A stretch of 64,000 bases of DNA from Cetorhinus maximus (lineage: Eukaryota), in NCBI RefSeq assembly GCF_964194155.1, contig NC_135881.1, forward strand, positions 202,554,001 to 202,618,000, written 5' to 3'. The translations under genes and the position numbers were made by a program. The number at the start of each line of letters is the position of its first letter. Within the stretch, counting starts at the first letter, position 1. A model generated the notes under the pieces. That model was not told the DNA's origin. It was given only the letters and a program-made list of their open reading frames with translations, and made no database searches. Of this stretch, positions 35,491-49,227 are shown piece by piece.

Positions 35491-38400
35491 AATTTACTGT
35501 AAGATTTGTTTTCTTTTGTGGAGACTGAACATTGTCTAAATGTTTAATGCATTATAGCACACCAATCATTTATGAAATATTTCAATTTTTAAAAAAATTT
35601 CATACCATGTTGGAGGGGCAAGTAAACCAAAGAAGCTAACTTAAAAAAACAGTATTAACACTTTTTAAAATCAATTAAACACAGCGCAGAAACTAGCTCC
35701 TAACATTGGGAATTTCCAGTTCTGTCATGTCCTCTTTCTCCAAGTTTGAGAGAGACAATTTCAGTATCCATCATCTCTACAAATGTCAAGGTCATCACTC
35801 ATCAAAACAAAAAGATTTAGAATTCCATGTAGCTCAAAACTTCAGGAATCTCTACATTAAGCTCCTTAATTTTGTCTGGCTTATTGTTGCAAGAAACCAG
35901 TTTCTAAAGCAGCCAGGAGTCACTGCATTCCAAAATCTACTGTCTAAGTGCATTATGTCCAACATGCTATGGCTCTCCATAACCTAAGAAACAAATTTCC
36001 TCTGTGAAATCAAACAGAAACTTGCTTAGAAAGGAATTGCTTCTTGTAAAGTATTTCATGCTGTAAATGACTTGGTCCTGGGTCTGGATGATGGAAGTGG
36101 TATTAGATAATTAAAAACTAACCTGTGAAAGATTGAGAAGGTCACTAAACATGGGAATTGGAATGTATCCAGTAGGGAGGTGATTTTGGCAAAATACTGG
36201 TTACAGAAATTTGGTGCAGCAGGGACCCAAATTTGACCTGTTTCAAAGCTACTATATTCCTGCTCTTTAGGTTCCTTCCATTACCATTTACGCATCAGCT
36301 GATTGAAATTTTTAAAATATTTTTAGGCAAAAACTTAAGTGTAAATTTTGTTTGTTAATGGACAGGAAACACATAGGGCTGAGAATGTGAACTGTTGGTG
36401 ATTTATATAATCAATAAACAAAATAAAAATTTTAAATACTAAAAAGATTGTAATTTAATCTTTATATTTAAGTTTTTACAATAACATTGTTATGCCTCAA
36501 AATGGTTCAGGGGAGATTTTGTGACTGGATGATTTTATAACAACTACAATCACGTATTCATATTGCAAACTGAATATAATAAAACATCCCAAGCCATTTC
36601 AAATGAGTGCTATAAAGTAAAATTTGACACCAAGCCACAGACAGAAAATACACAGGGTTCAGTGAGGATAATTTTTTTTTTTAAATTGTAATTAAAAATA
36701 AACAGAAAATGACTTTATTTCAAGGGAACTGGAATACAGAGGTTGAAGTGTTGTTGTATTAAGCTCTGGTTAGATCCCATTTGGAATACTGCATTCAGTT
36801 CTGAGCACACCACTTCAGGAAGGATATATTTTGACTTTGGAAGGGCTGCAGTGCAGATTCACCAGAATGATAAGAGGTGCTAAAAGGTTTGAATAAGGAC
36901 AAGTAGCATAGACCAGGCTTGTATTCCCTTCAGTATAGAAGATGAAGGGGTTATCTAATTGAAATGTTTAAGATGATTAAAGGATTGATGCAAAGAGAAA
37001 CTTTCCATTGGCAGTGTGCAGCAACATCTGGAGATTTCTTGAGCATTTACTTGAAGTAAATTACAGGGCTGTTTCATGCAAAGTATTTATTTTTAACTAT
37101 TACAAATTGTCACCATTTGGCATTCTTTCCTATAGTAATTCTTAATTCCAAAGATGATCCCAATGGCGTTAAAGCTATAGAATTGTAAATATCCCACATA
37201 TTGTTGCAGTTATAGTGATTAAACATGATTTATGCTTATTGAATATTGCATGTACACTTATGTTCATTAATAAAACTGCTAAAAAGCATGATATTCTCCA
37301 AACACTATCCACATCTAAAGGCTTCATTAAACTCTACCACCTAGAAGGATAAGGACAGCAGATGCATGAGAATACCACCACCTGCAAATTCCCCCTTTCA
37401 AGTTACACACCATTCTGAATTGGAACAATATTGCCATTCCTTCACTGTCATTGGATCAAAATCCTGGAACACCCTCCCTAACAGCACCAAGGATGTACTT
37501 AAAGCACCATGGACTGCAGTGGTTCAAAAGGTGGCTCATTGCCAGCTTCTCAACAGCAATTGAGGATAGGCAATAAATGCTGGCTTGGCCAGCACTACCC
37601 ACATCCCAAAAACAAATATATTTTAAAAACACATTGTAAGAATCAAAAGCGTTGCAATATTGCTCAGGTTTTCTGTTGCTTTTTTTCCCAATATCTGAAC
37701 AACAGCCTTAAAATCATAGATTGACAGTACAGTAGCAGGCCAATCAGCCCACTGTGCTCATGCCAGCTCTTAAGAAAAAAGTATTGAATTAATTAATCCC
37801 ATTGTCCTCTGTTCTTCCTCTACAACATTTTCTTCTTCAACTCCATTCCTTTTGAAAGTTACTATTGAAACAGCTTCTACAACACCTTCAGGCAGTGTAT
37901 TCCAGATAATAAAAACTCTCATCAATTAATTTCTCACCTACACTTCCATTATTTTCCCAGTTATCTTAAAATCTGTGCCCTCAGGTTACTGACCTTCCTG
38001 CCACTGGAAACAGTTTCTCCTTATTTACTGTATAATTTTTTTTTATTGATTTTCAATACCTCTATTACATCTCCCTGAGATTTTTCTCCTCGGAGGACAA
38101 AAACCTCTGCTTCTCTAGTTTGTAGTCAGTTACCCTGCTTCTTCCTTGGTCTGCCGTTTGGTCCTTCATCCTCCTTCTCCAAACTTGCTCTACTCATTGA
38201 GAAACAAAACTACTATCAATTGTAGATGTGGGGAAGGTGTTCAGCCCACAGCTAGAAAAGACAGTTGAGTATGGCTGCAATATTTATGTGTGGCTACGAC
38301 CTTGGGAACCAGCAGGAAAAACAATCCCATTGAGGAATCTTGAGGTGCCTCGGGGGGAATAATGCCACCTGTTATTTTATTGTGCTGCAATTGATGGCAT

Positions 38401-39603
38401 TCAAGAAATTAAATTTACTACAATGATCACAATATCGTCCAGCCTATTGCAGTACTATTTAACAGCCAAATTAATTAACAGCACTCCGATTGGAGAGGAG
38501 AAGCTACAATGATATAATGTTAGCTGTGGATTAGGATCTGTATTGAAATCAGGTTTCCATTGCTGAAAGAATGTAAAGTGGGATAAATGTACCATCCCAA
38601 GAAAAGAGGCAAGTCTTACAAAGATCATTTAATTACAAACTGTATTTTTCAAATACACTGTACATTTCCATCACAGATGTAGCCTGACAAATGGTGTCCA
38701 TCGCCCAATACAAAAAAAAAATCACTGCCTACATTTCTGATCTTCATTACAGTTGCCAAGTCTTAGAAAAAGCAATGGTGTTTAAGTTATCACAGTTTAC
38801 ACAAATGCATTCAGTTACTAGTGAGAGCAAACATGTATTTAAACAAAAAATCAAAACTGCAGACTCTGTATTTAGTCCAGTATTACAGGCTGTTATATCT
38901 GATCAATTCAATGCTCCGGCATACACAGACTTCATTTGACACAAAACTGTACACATTTGCACTTTTTCTGTTAAAACACATATATACAATTGTGATACAA
39001 CCTCTAAATTGCAAACCATGGTTTCTATAGTGGTCAAGACCTTAGAAGTTTAAAAACAAGAACACAAAAGCACTTCAGCAATTTATTTTTTTAACATTAT
39101 TTTATATTAAGAAAATAAAAGCTGCAGGAATCTTACTTTTGTGGCTTATATCTTGGAATAAATGGAATGCCCAATGCATATGAACACCTAATTTATGCTA
39201 TTGAAATCCACACCACCATATATAAAATAACATACTATTTATTGATAAATAATAGTATTCAAATTAGGAAAAGAAACGGCTTTCATTCTATCCAGTGTAA
39301 TGCAGACTCTACACCACATCCATTTGCACAGAGTCTTTCCTATACAGAAAACAAAATGTTATGTACATTGAAGCAGCGAATCACACTGTCTGCAGGGAAA
39401 AATTCTGCATCTGGTTTGCATTGTGCTATCCCAACAGATGGAGATCAAGAGATACTTCATAGTCCTCATTTTCAACACATCCTTTAAGTCCTTTTAAATT
39501 ACGAGTGCCATTATATGTCAATTCAAAGTTCAGCCTTCAAACACATCACCAGGTCATTAGGTACCTAGTATCTTATTTATTAAATTCCAAGATGCAATAT
39601 GCA

Positions 39604-39722
39604 TCATACATCTAGAAAGGATTTATTTTGTTTGGGGCTTTTCTCTTTCCGTCTCTCCAACCGCTTGATGATCTCAGAGACTATGCAAACTGAGGAAGTG
39701 AGCCCCACCAAAAAAATAAGAT
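39604..39722 (-). CDS. ATP2C1: Secretory pathway Ca2+/Mn2+-ATPase SPCA1, last coding exon
   Basis: (D)[38 protein letters not shown], like the human SPCA1a end ..SFLEV. Acceptor tcttttAG. Confidence 0.93.
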
Positions 39723-40959
39723 CTAAAAGAGGAAGGTACAAAAGATAATTAATACAGTGTGAAGAATATAACAGCTGTCTGAAATCATGACTTTCGCAAT
39801 GTGTTCACACACCTCGTGGCGGTGAATTACAATATGGTATTCTCAAAGTATTTCACACTACTACTCTGCCTTTCAAAGCAAAAGATTACAAAAAATCTGA
39901 TCAAAAAAACCACAACATACAAAATACGATGACAAGCTAGAATACACTAAGTCAAAGCTATGCAGAAATTAGACAGAAGGACAACAGGTAACTTCCGAGG
40001 GATGGTATGGAGAATGTAACCTGGAATCCCAGCCTAGACCTGTCCCCATTCTGGTTGTGATCATTGTAAGAGCATATTCCCTGGTACTCTGTCACAAAGC
40101 AGCACTGACACAGCTCAAGCTATTCATGTTCTTCAGCATATGCGCCTAAAATTATGTGAATCATCTTGGATCATATGGATTCCTTTTGGAAATGTAAGCA
40201 ACAAAATATCAACCACAGAAAAAAGTAATTTTTCTTTTTAGTTTTAGTTTCTGAACATTTTAGAACACAGTTACTGAATCCAAATGAATCAGTGGTATTC
40301 ACAATATGGCCCAATGTAGAGAGACCAGCTCTTCTGGTTCTTGATTCATTGTCTTCTAATCTGCCAGACCAAAAGTGGGATTTAGTACTGCTCCCTCTCA
40401 TTTTCCAACAAAATGTGATTAAGAAACACATACATCTCAGCTTCCATTAAGCAAATTATGGACCTATTGAAAGTGAACTATTGTCCTGTAGTTTGATATT
40501 TTGCTTTCTACCTGTCCCAATGTAGCCAATACATTCCTTCCTCTCCAATGCCCGCATGGTTAACTTCAATGTTTTCCAAGATTTCATCCATGATTCTCTC
40601 AAAGGCACCATCTTTAAATATGGGGTCAACTTACACATGTATATTATTAACTACTTTAAACACATTTGTTGTTGTTGACACCCGGCTTTACTTCTCCTCT
40701 AACACACTTTCAACTCTACTGTGCCTATACAATCTTGATTCCCTACCAGACGAGGAAAAGTGACCGAGTCAGAATTTCCACTAACCATGGCATGACTGAC
40801 GCTATCCCATTTGGTCCTTGCCAGGCAGTATATCTCTCAGTTCAATTCCATTTCCCTCTCTAGCTACTCACTTAGAATGCAGAGCTTGATGTCCTATTGA
40901 ATCCTGAGTGGAGCTTCAAACCTCAAATGTAATCCATTATTAAGATCATCTCAATGATT

Positions 40960-41630
40960 ATATCTAGAGTTAGCATGCAAGTATAGCAAGTAATTAGGAA
41001 GGAAAATAGAATGTTGACCTTATTGCAAGGGGGATAGGAGTATAAAATGTAGGGAAGTCTTGCTACAACTGCACAGAGCTTTGGTGAGACCATATCTGGA
41101 ATACTGCGTACACAGTTTTGGTCTCCTTATTTAAGGAAAGAGATACTTGCATTGGAAGCAGTTCAGAGACTGTTCAACTAGGCTGATTCCTGGGATGAAG
41201 GAGTGGTCTTATGAAGAAATATTAAGCAGGTTATACTCATTGGAGTTTAAAAGAATGAGAGGTGATCTTATTGAAACGTATAAGATTCTGATGCGGCCTG
41301 ACAGGATAGAGAGGATGTTCCCCCTTGTGGGAGAATCTAGAAGTAGAAGGCACAGTTTAAAAATAAAGGGTCTCCAATTTAAGATGGAGGTGACGAGGAA
41401 TTTCTTTTCTCAGAGGGTCGATAGTGTTTGGAATTCTCTTCCACAGTGAGCAGTAGAGGCTGGGTCATTGAATATATTCAAGTTAAGACAGATTTTTGAT
41501 ATACATGGGTTAAAGAGTCAGGCAGAGAAGTGGAGTTAAGCCCATATCAAATCAGCTATGATCTTACTGAATGGTGGAACAGGTTCAATGGGTCGAATGG
41601 CCTACTCCAGCTCCTATTTCTTATGATTTT
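40960..41630 (+). mobile_element. CR1 LINE 3' fragment
   Basis: ORF SYEEILSRLYSLEFKRMRGDLIETYKI..FFSQRVDSVWNSLP plus CR1 3' UTR. Confidence 0.85.
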
Positions 41631-43085
41631 CTTATCACCCCTACCATCATTTAAATCCTCATCCATGTTTTGCTACTTATAGGTTTGCACAGCTATAGGT
41701 AGATTTCCCAAACACACTTCTCCCAAACTATAGACCCCACAAACCACAACTCATCTAGAAGCCCAGAACCTGTACCCCATTCCATATTAAGTCCCATTTA
41801 TTAATCACCTCCATCCACCACTGGTTTTCCATTCTCTAACACATTGACTTCATTATGCTCATCTTCAACAACAAATCTCTTCATGGGTTCACTACCCTAC
41901 CTCTGCCTCCTGTCCTTTATTGCAGCTCGCATCCTCTGCATTTCTAACTCTGCAGTGCCGTATTTCCTTCCCTCCCACCCATACCATCATGTCTCATCAG
42001 TGACTATGTCTTCTACCATCAAAGCCCTCGCTCTTGGAGTTTTCTTCCTAAACACCTGTCTTCCATATTTCTTTCCACCTTTTAAAGCTTCTTCAAAAAG
42101 TAGTCACCTCTCTTAATTTCTGCTTGGTGTCTGATTTTCTCCCAGTCTTGTGAAGAGCTTTGGTATATTTAAAAATGGTAAAGGTATTTTATGGAGTGCA
42201 ACCTAGTGTCGGACAGCCTTCCACTTGACAACCTGCCACAGTCCTATGATTGAAGTCAGGAGCTCACCATGTGGTGTAACGCAGGCACAGACCTGTTTTA
42301 TATTCCATTGTGGCCCTTAAGCAAGACATCAGTTGAGACTAACACTTTGCAACAAGTGAGCAACAGAAATATATGACTGTTCTGAGATTACATTGGTATA
42401 TACTGTCATTAACACAAAAAGGCTGATTTGTCATTTTAATTCTGTTTTCAAGCTAGTTATTCTTCCACACTTCCTTTTCCCCAGGATGTCCTCTACACCC
42501 ATCTAAACAAAATGACTGAAATAGAAAGGATACTAAATCAGTTATTTTATAACTAATTGTCAAAAAAGGGGACAACCAGTGAGGCTCCTTTAAATGACTG
42601 GACTCAGTGTAAGAAAGTTTTCTGCTCCTGCAGTTCAGGTTGTAGATGTTCAATGTTCCTGCTTCAGCTTCCTGTGCTTATAATACTAAAATCCATGAAA
42701 CATCTACAGTGTAAGAACATTAATACAGTTTATGGGTTCCATGAATTCAGGGTTCGTATGAAACACTGTAGAACAAAACATCAGAGTTCATCACTTTCAT
42801 TTATGGAATTGGTTATGTTGTATTATGACTATTTACCTTTAATCACATTAATCTATTAAGGTGAAGGTACCATTTATAAAACTAGCCTCAAGAATGACTT
42901 TGTGATGATCAATGAAAATGATTTAGCAGATTTTTGTGTGAATATTGAATGGTGCCAAGGCTATTTAACCTACAAATTCAATTTAGCAGTCAATGTAGTA
43001 AAAATTTATTAAAATAAAAAATAAATTGGAGAATGGCAAATCACAATCAAATCTGCTAAATGCACAAACAGGTGTATAATTGTCA

Positions 43086-43361
<276 letters not shown>

Positions 43362-43742
43362 TTAATTAACTATACACATATTTGGCTCATTATATATATT
43401 TAACCATTATATAGTGTGTTACCTATCAATACATCCTGGAAAGACATCTATGAGTGAGGAAACACTGATGGAGAAAGAGTATGGCACAAAAACACAAGCT
43501 TCTCTTCGAGGCAATTTTACTAATGGAAGAGATTTGTGCTAGTTTCATCAAGTTTGAGTTTTTGGCTACATTCACAAAGCTGAATTTAACATAGTTCATT
43601 AAAGATTCATAGACACATTAATATAAATAAGCTTGAGGGCAGTTATGTAATGTCAAAGAAAGAAAAAAATCCCCTTTGGTGTCTAACAGCCTGAACTACT
43701 TAAATACACTTTGGTTAAAATTCCAAGACTTTCATATCCCAC

Positions 43743-43838
43743 CTGCGACCTGGAGCTCCACGCATTGAACATGTCAAAGAAAACAAAGCAGGTAAAGGTC
43801 ATTGTTGTGTCGCGTGGCGTTATTACATTATCCTGTAA
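43743..43838 (-). CDS. ATP2C1: ATP2C1 exon
   Basis: [32 protein letters not shown]; 96 nt. Confidence 0.95.
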
Positions 43839-44152
43839 CTGAGAAACACAGATAACAAATACAAAACTCATTACCAACACACTATTTTTAATGAATATTT
43901 TAAAATTACATCTCTAAAAGAAAAGGATTCGCCACAAACTCTTTAATACACGTTTCTTTTTTTTAAACTGATGTTTTTGTTAAAAACATAATTATGATTA
44001 GCAATTTACTCGAAGTAGAAAAACGTCTAATCAGCTAGTAATTTTAAAATAGACAGACAGGACAACTCCCATACTTTGACTAAGAGCAGAGGTGGTTTCC
44101 ATCTGGAAGAAAAGGAAGACTTCACTGGTACAATTGGCTAGAAGGTGCTTAC

Positions 44153-44300
44153 CTCCCTCCAGAAGACAAATAACGTCCCAGAAACAATAATCAATGATGA
44201 AACCAGAATTTTAACAATCAGGTTTCTGGTCAGGATGCTGTCTTTTACATTTCTTGGAGGCTGTCTGATGACATCTTTGTCGACAGGTTCTACTCCCAGG
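44153..44300 (-). CDS. ATP2C1: ATP2C1 exon
   Basis: [49 protein letters not shown]; 148 nt. Confidence 0.95.
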
Positions 44301-45541
44301 CTGGACACAAGAGAACAAAGCAAAAGCAGTTCAGAATGTCACTGCAATAACTTGTTTACATTTTGCAAGATTGAAGAGTTGGGAGGGAACATGAGAATAA
44401 AGTCTGCTTTTTTGTTTAAACATATAAAGTGGAACAAATAGTTTAATTGTGCAGTAGGGGAATTAAATGCATGAAAGTCAATCAGATTTTTCCTTTTGAT
44501 TGTTGTTTTCAAGTTTGAGGCATTTTAATCTTGATTAAAATGTGAGTCTTGATTTGAGTCTGTAAATTACATAATTTTCTAATGATAATGTGTTCAAATC
44601 TGTGCTTTTCTCCTTTTGTTAGATTACTCATGCATCCCTCAAATAATTTCACCAAACATATTCAACTCAATCACATTCCAATACTTAAAAGCTGAGATGC
44701 AGTCACCTCACTTTAAATCTCTGAAAGTAAAATGTAGTATCACACAAAAAAAAATCATAACCTTACTTATAAACTTAAGTTTATAGGTGATTCCTATCAC
44801 CCTTTCATCCGCTATGACCCACTTGCTCCTGATCTCCCCGTGCCTTTTCTGTGGTTCAGTCCTCCTCACCACTGCAGTTTCTTTACATGCAGTGCAGTAG
44901 TTGCTTGAAGTAGGCAGAGGAAAGTATTTCAAAAGAAATAGGTAAGAGATGCAATCCTGAAGCTCAAGGAGGTGAAAGTGAAAAGGAAGAGTAGAGAAAA
45001 CGAGCAGAAAAGAGAAGTGAAGGAGGTTATAAAAGAGAGGAGTGGACATGGAAGAGGAATGAAGAATATGAGAACAGTGATAAAGCAGGTAGCAGGCAAA
45101 AGAGAATTGAAGGAAATTAAGGCAAGGAAAAGAGACATGAAACAGGTGAGCAAAAGTGATATTCACAGAGTCCAACTCTGATTAACAAGATCCAAATTAC
45201 ATTTATTTCAGCACAATGAATGGGGAAAGAGAAGAGACTCTTCACAGGATTGAAAAAAGTATCCTGCTGGGGCGGGGGGGGATGAACAAAAATGTGACAG
45301 AGACCTTGTTGAGGCAGGGGAGAAGGACACACTCTGGATCAAGCAGTAGGGGAAGGGCTTTGCATGAAGGGAGAGATTAGCAGTGCTGTGAAGAATCTGC
45401 TGGGGTCAGAAAGGATTATTGGCCCATTTCATAAATGCCAGATCCTACAACTCATGAACAATGTCATGTGACATCCACTACTTATAATCAGGCAAGTTTG
45501 TAGAAAGACATTTCATCAATAATTGAAACTTTTCTTTTTAC

Positions 45542-45658
45542 CTCTGTGCTGGTGGTCCATCCATAATTATGTTAATCCATAAAATCTGCATAGCATTTAG
45601 TGGATTAGGAAAGTTCATTAATGTGGCTAAAGAAATCAACGTTAGAGCAGCTATACTC
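45542..45658 (-). CDS. ATP2C1: ATP2C1 exon (M5-M6)
   Basis: [38 protein letters not shown](S); 117 nt. Confidence 0.95.
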
Positions 45659-45836
45659 CTGGGGAAAAAAATGAAATTGAATAAAATTGTTTATGTTTTA
45701 TCATACAGTGAGTAAATTTTAACATAGCATAGCTAGATATTTAAAATATTACATATTTATATTTATATTTAAATACTTTAAAAGTAAGCTTGTCAATGAC
45801 AAATTTCCCTCAGGTAATCGTCCTAAGTTGTACTTA

Positions 45837-45926
<90 letters not shown>

Positions 45927-46930
45927 TTAACTGACATGGCTAACACACTGGACAGATTGTACTGACACACACTAAGATGCGTTAGTCAACCAAAATGTTT
46001 TATTCTACAAAGAGCTAGTCAAAAGAATCTAAACAATTGCCATTCTGTAACTGAGCACAGCATCACTCTGAGCTATGCAGTCATACTGGTGTGTGGAATA
46101 ACATAAGAACAGAAGGCAGCCGTTTATCCCCTCGAGTCTGTTCTGCCATTCAATGAAATCAGTGCTGATCTGTGACCTAACTCCAGTAACTGCCTTTTCC
46201 CCTTATCCCTTAATTCCTTCAGTTAACAAAAATCCATCAATCTCGGATTTAAGATTAACAATTGACCTAGCATCAACTGTCATTTGTGAGGGAGAGTTCC
46301 AAACTTTTACCACCCTGTGTGTATGTGTAGAAGTGTTTCCTAATTTCACTCCTGAACATTTTGGCTCTAACTTTTAAACAATGCCCCATTTGCAAATTAA
46401 AATCCAAAATACATAGGTGCAAGTTTTAAACCTTTTCTTAAAACAAACTGGCAGGTGAAAAGGTATGGCTCAGAAATAAAGTTTGCAAATCTTTTCTGAT
46501 GTGTTCATTTCAGCAGAATTATCCTCTTTTCTTACAATAAGGCACATTATAGCTTATGATATGGGATTCTAACCTGTGTCTCAATTTCATATAAGTGATA
46601 TATACAATACACTCTCTGTAGGAGAGCTTGGAGAGTTGCATAAACAACATAAAATAAAAAGACATTTAAGTGGATTCGTCAGGGCAGGGAGCAATAAACT
46701 TAAGCTGATGAAAGCACATAGCCAGATGTGCACATGTCTGTAAAGTTCAGTACTACACACCTGAATGTACAGAATCCGGTAAATTATGAATTCTAACAAG
46801 GATCCTTTGTATTTTTTTGGACATAATTATTGGTTATTCTTCAGGGTGGAATCTCAAGATACAAATGAAAATGTTTCATTTTAACCAAACTAGAACTCAA
46901 AATACCTAGAAACACATAGGAAACATTTGC

Positions 46931-46967
46931 AGTTCTGATGAACGGTCATTGACCTGAAACGTTAACT
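46931..46967 (+). ncRNA. Minimal type I hammerhead-ribozyme motif in a Penelope terminus
   Basis: AGTT-CTGATGA-A-cGGTC att GACCt-GAAAC-GTT-AACT: stem I AGTT/AACT, catalytic core, stem II and palindromic stem III AACGTT. Confidence 0.55.
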
Positions 46968-47127
46968 CTGTTTCTCTCCACAGATGCTGTCTAATCAGTT
47001 GAGTTTTTCCAGAAATTTTTATTCTTATTTTCGGATACATTTGCTGTTGATTTGCAATGGTTTAATCGTGAAACATTCAGTACTCTATTGCATAATGATT
47101 GGTAGGAATGACAGAAAGCATGACTTA

Positions 47128-47391
<264 letters not shown>

Positions 47392-48817
47392 TTATACTAT
47401 GAACACAGATAAATTACAGAAACTTTGTTCCAAATCAGTATGAAACAGCTAATCTGTTGTAAGAAGAATATTGGAAATAACATGGACATAGGAAAATTCA
47501 CTAAAAATAAATAATTATAGTTATGAAGAAAGGAATGATAATTTGGAGGGAAAGGCTTAAGAGGTCAATCTAATGGAGATTTTCAAAATTATAAAAGGTT
47601 TTGAAATAGTGAAATATTATATGTGAGCAGTGGTGAATTCAAAGGGACACAAACCCAGGACTATCACCAGATCAGTGAAAAAGTTAGAAATAATTTCACA
47701 GAGGGTTATTAGAATATTGAATGTATTACCACGTCCAGCTATTAAGGCAGAGTCAATTTCATTTAAAAGGAAATTAGGTGCATAGTAAAAAGAGGAATAC
47801 AAAAATAGACAGGGAAATGGGGTGACAATAGATATTATCTAAGGAGCCTGCACAAGCACAGACTCAATGGGCCAAGTAGCCTCATCTGCTGTAATTTCTA
47901 TGAAGCTATATTCCACTCTTCTACCAATTCAGCCAAGGATTTGCTCCAAAATTGTTACGTCTCAACTTTTTATGCAAATTGGAAAGAGACTAGCCCCATT
48001 ATGTAGTATATTCCAAATCTGCTGTGCTATTTTAATTAAATATTAATTTTCATTAAAACAAATGTGCCTCCAATGATCATTAGGCAGTTCACTTTGAATT
48101 CAGCCACAAAAGGCAGGCAAAAAACATTAAGTTTTATACCTGGATAAATCAGATCTTTAGGTAGTCAGAAGAAATTAGGATAGACATATTAAAGAAAATT
48201 TATGATCAAGTGACCTCAAACTGAAAGGTAAATTATTAGCATATTAAAATAACGAATTCTATGGTGATACTGCAAATACCTAGTTTGATTTGTTCACAAT
48301 CATTCTCTAGCTTCACATCATTTATGTGCAGAGCTGGAATATTCAGATATGGAAGAACACATTTGAATAACATGGTCAAGGTAAACAAAGGTGATTTAAT
48401 TAACAGCACTTGGGCGTAATTTAAAAAGAAGTGGATGCAAACTTCTTTCCTAAAAGGCCTCATATTTCTGACATACACAGGCATGCTTCTGGAAATTGTA
48501 AATTCTAGGTTGCTAATGGTAATTAGTCACAGTCCACGAAAGACCATAGGAATCTCTCTCCATTAGACAGAGACAATTGATTATCTAGCTTGAGGGACAC
48601 CACTCAAGGTGCATGGAGCAAGACAAGGAGGCAGACCTCTGTGAACTAAATTAAACTGACAAAAATATGGACTATGAAGTAAATTACCTGAAATTATAGA
48701 GATTTACTGAGCTATCTTTATAAGCTAAGAAGTTAGAGAGAGAAATTGTTATAATACCAAGGAAGAAGAAAATAACAGAGCCTGCCTTCAGAGCTATCTT
48801 TTGTCAATGGCAGTTAC

Positions 48818-48868
48818 CTTTATAATCTTCAGCTTGTGTCTTGGACTAGATCTGTAAAACACTGCTAT
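48818..48868 (-). CDS. ATP2C1: ATP2C1 exon
   Basis: IAVFYRSSPRHKLKIIK; 51 nt. Confidence 0.93.
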
Positions 48869-49058
48869 CTGTGAAAACACGATTGAATTAAGTAATTTAA
48901 AAGAAAAGTCTGATATAAAAGCAGTGCCAAGTCTAACATTATCACTTATAGATAAACAAATATGACAGTCACTTAAAATAGACAATCACTAGGGGAATTA
49001 CTTTCCCATATCCTTTCTGCAAACAAATATATGTTTTCTAAACAAAAACCTTTTTTGC

Positions 49059-49227
49059 CTAACAAAAACACCTGGAAAAACTCAGCAGGTCTGAAAGCAT
49101 TTGCGGAGAGGAACACAGTTAACGTTTTAACTGTGTTCCTCTCCGCAGATGCTGTCAGACCTGCTGAGTTTTTCCAGGTATTTTTGTTTTTGTTTTGGAT
49201 TTCCAGCATCCACAGTTTTTTGCTTTT
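49059..49227. mobile_element. Inverted (hairpin) Penelope terminal insertion with 12-bp TSD
   Basis: Arms 49061-49122 and 49127-49188 are near-perfect reverse complements. TSD AACCTTTTTTGC at 49047-49058 and 49228-49239. Confidence 0.85.

Noticed and set aside
38128-38200. Minus-strand MSRASLEKEDEGPNGRPRKKQG (AT-hook-like) followed by a donor-like GTAACT
   Set aside because: Very short, no acceptor or partner exon found; probably chance.
44880-45400. Purine-rich segment with hydrophobic minus-strand ORFs
   Set aside because: Compositional artefact in an ATP2C1 intron; flanking exons join in phase without it.
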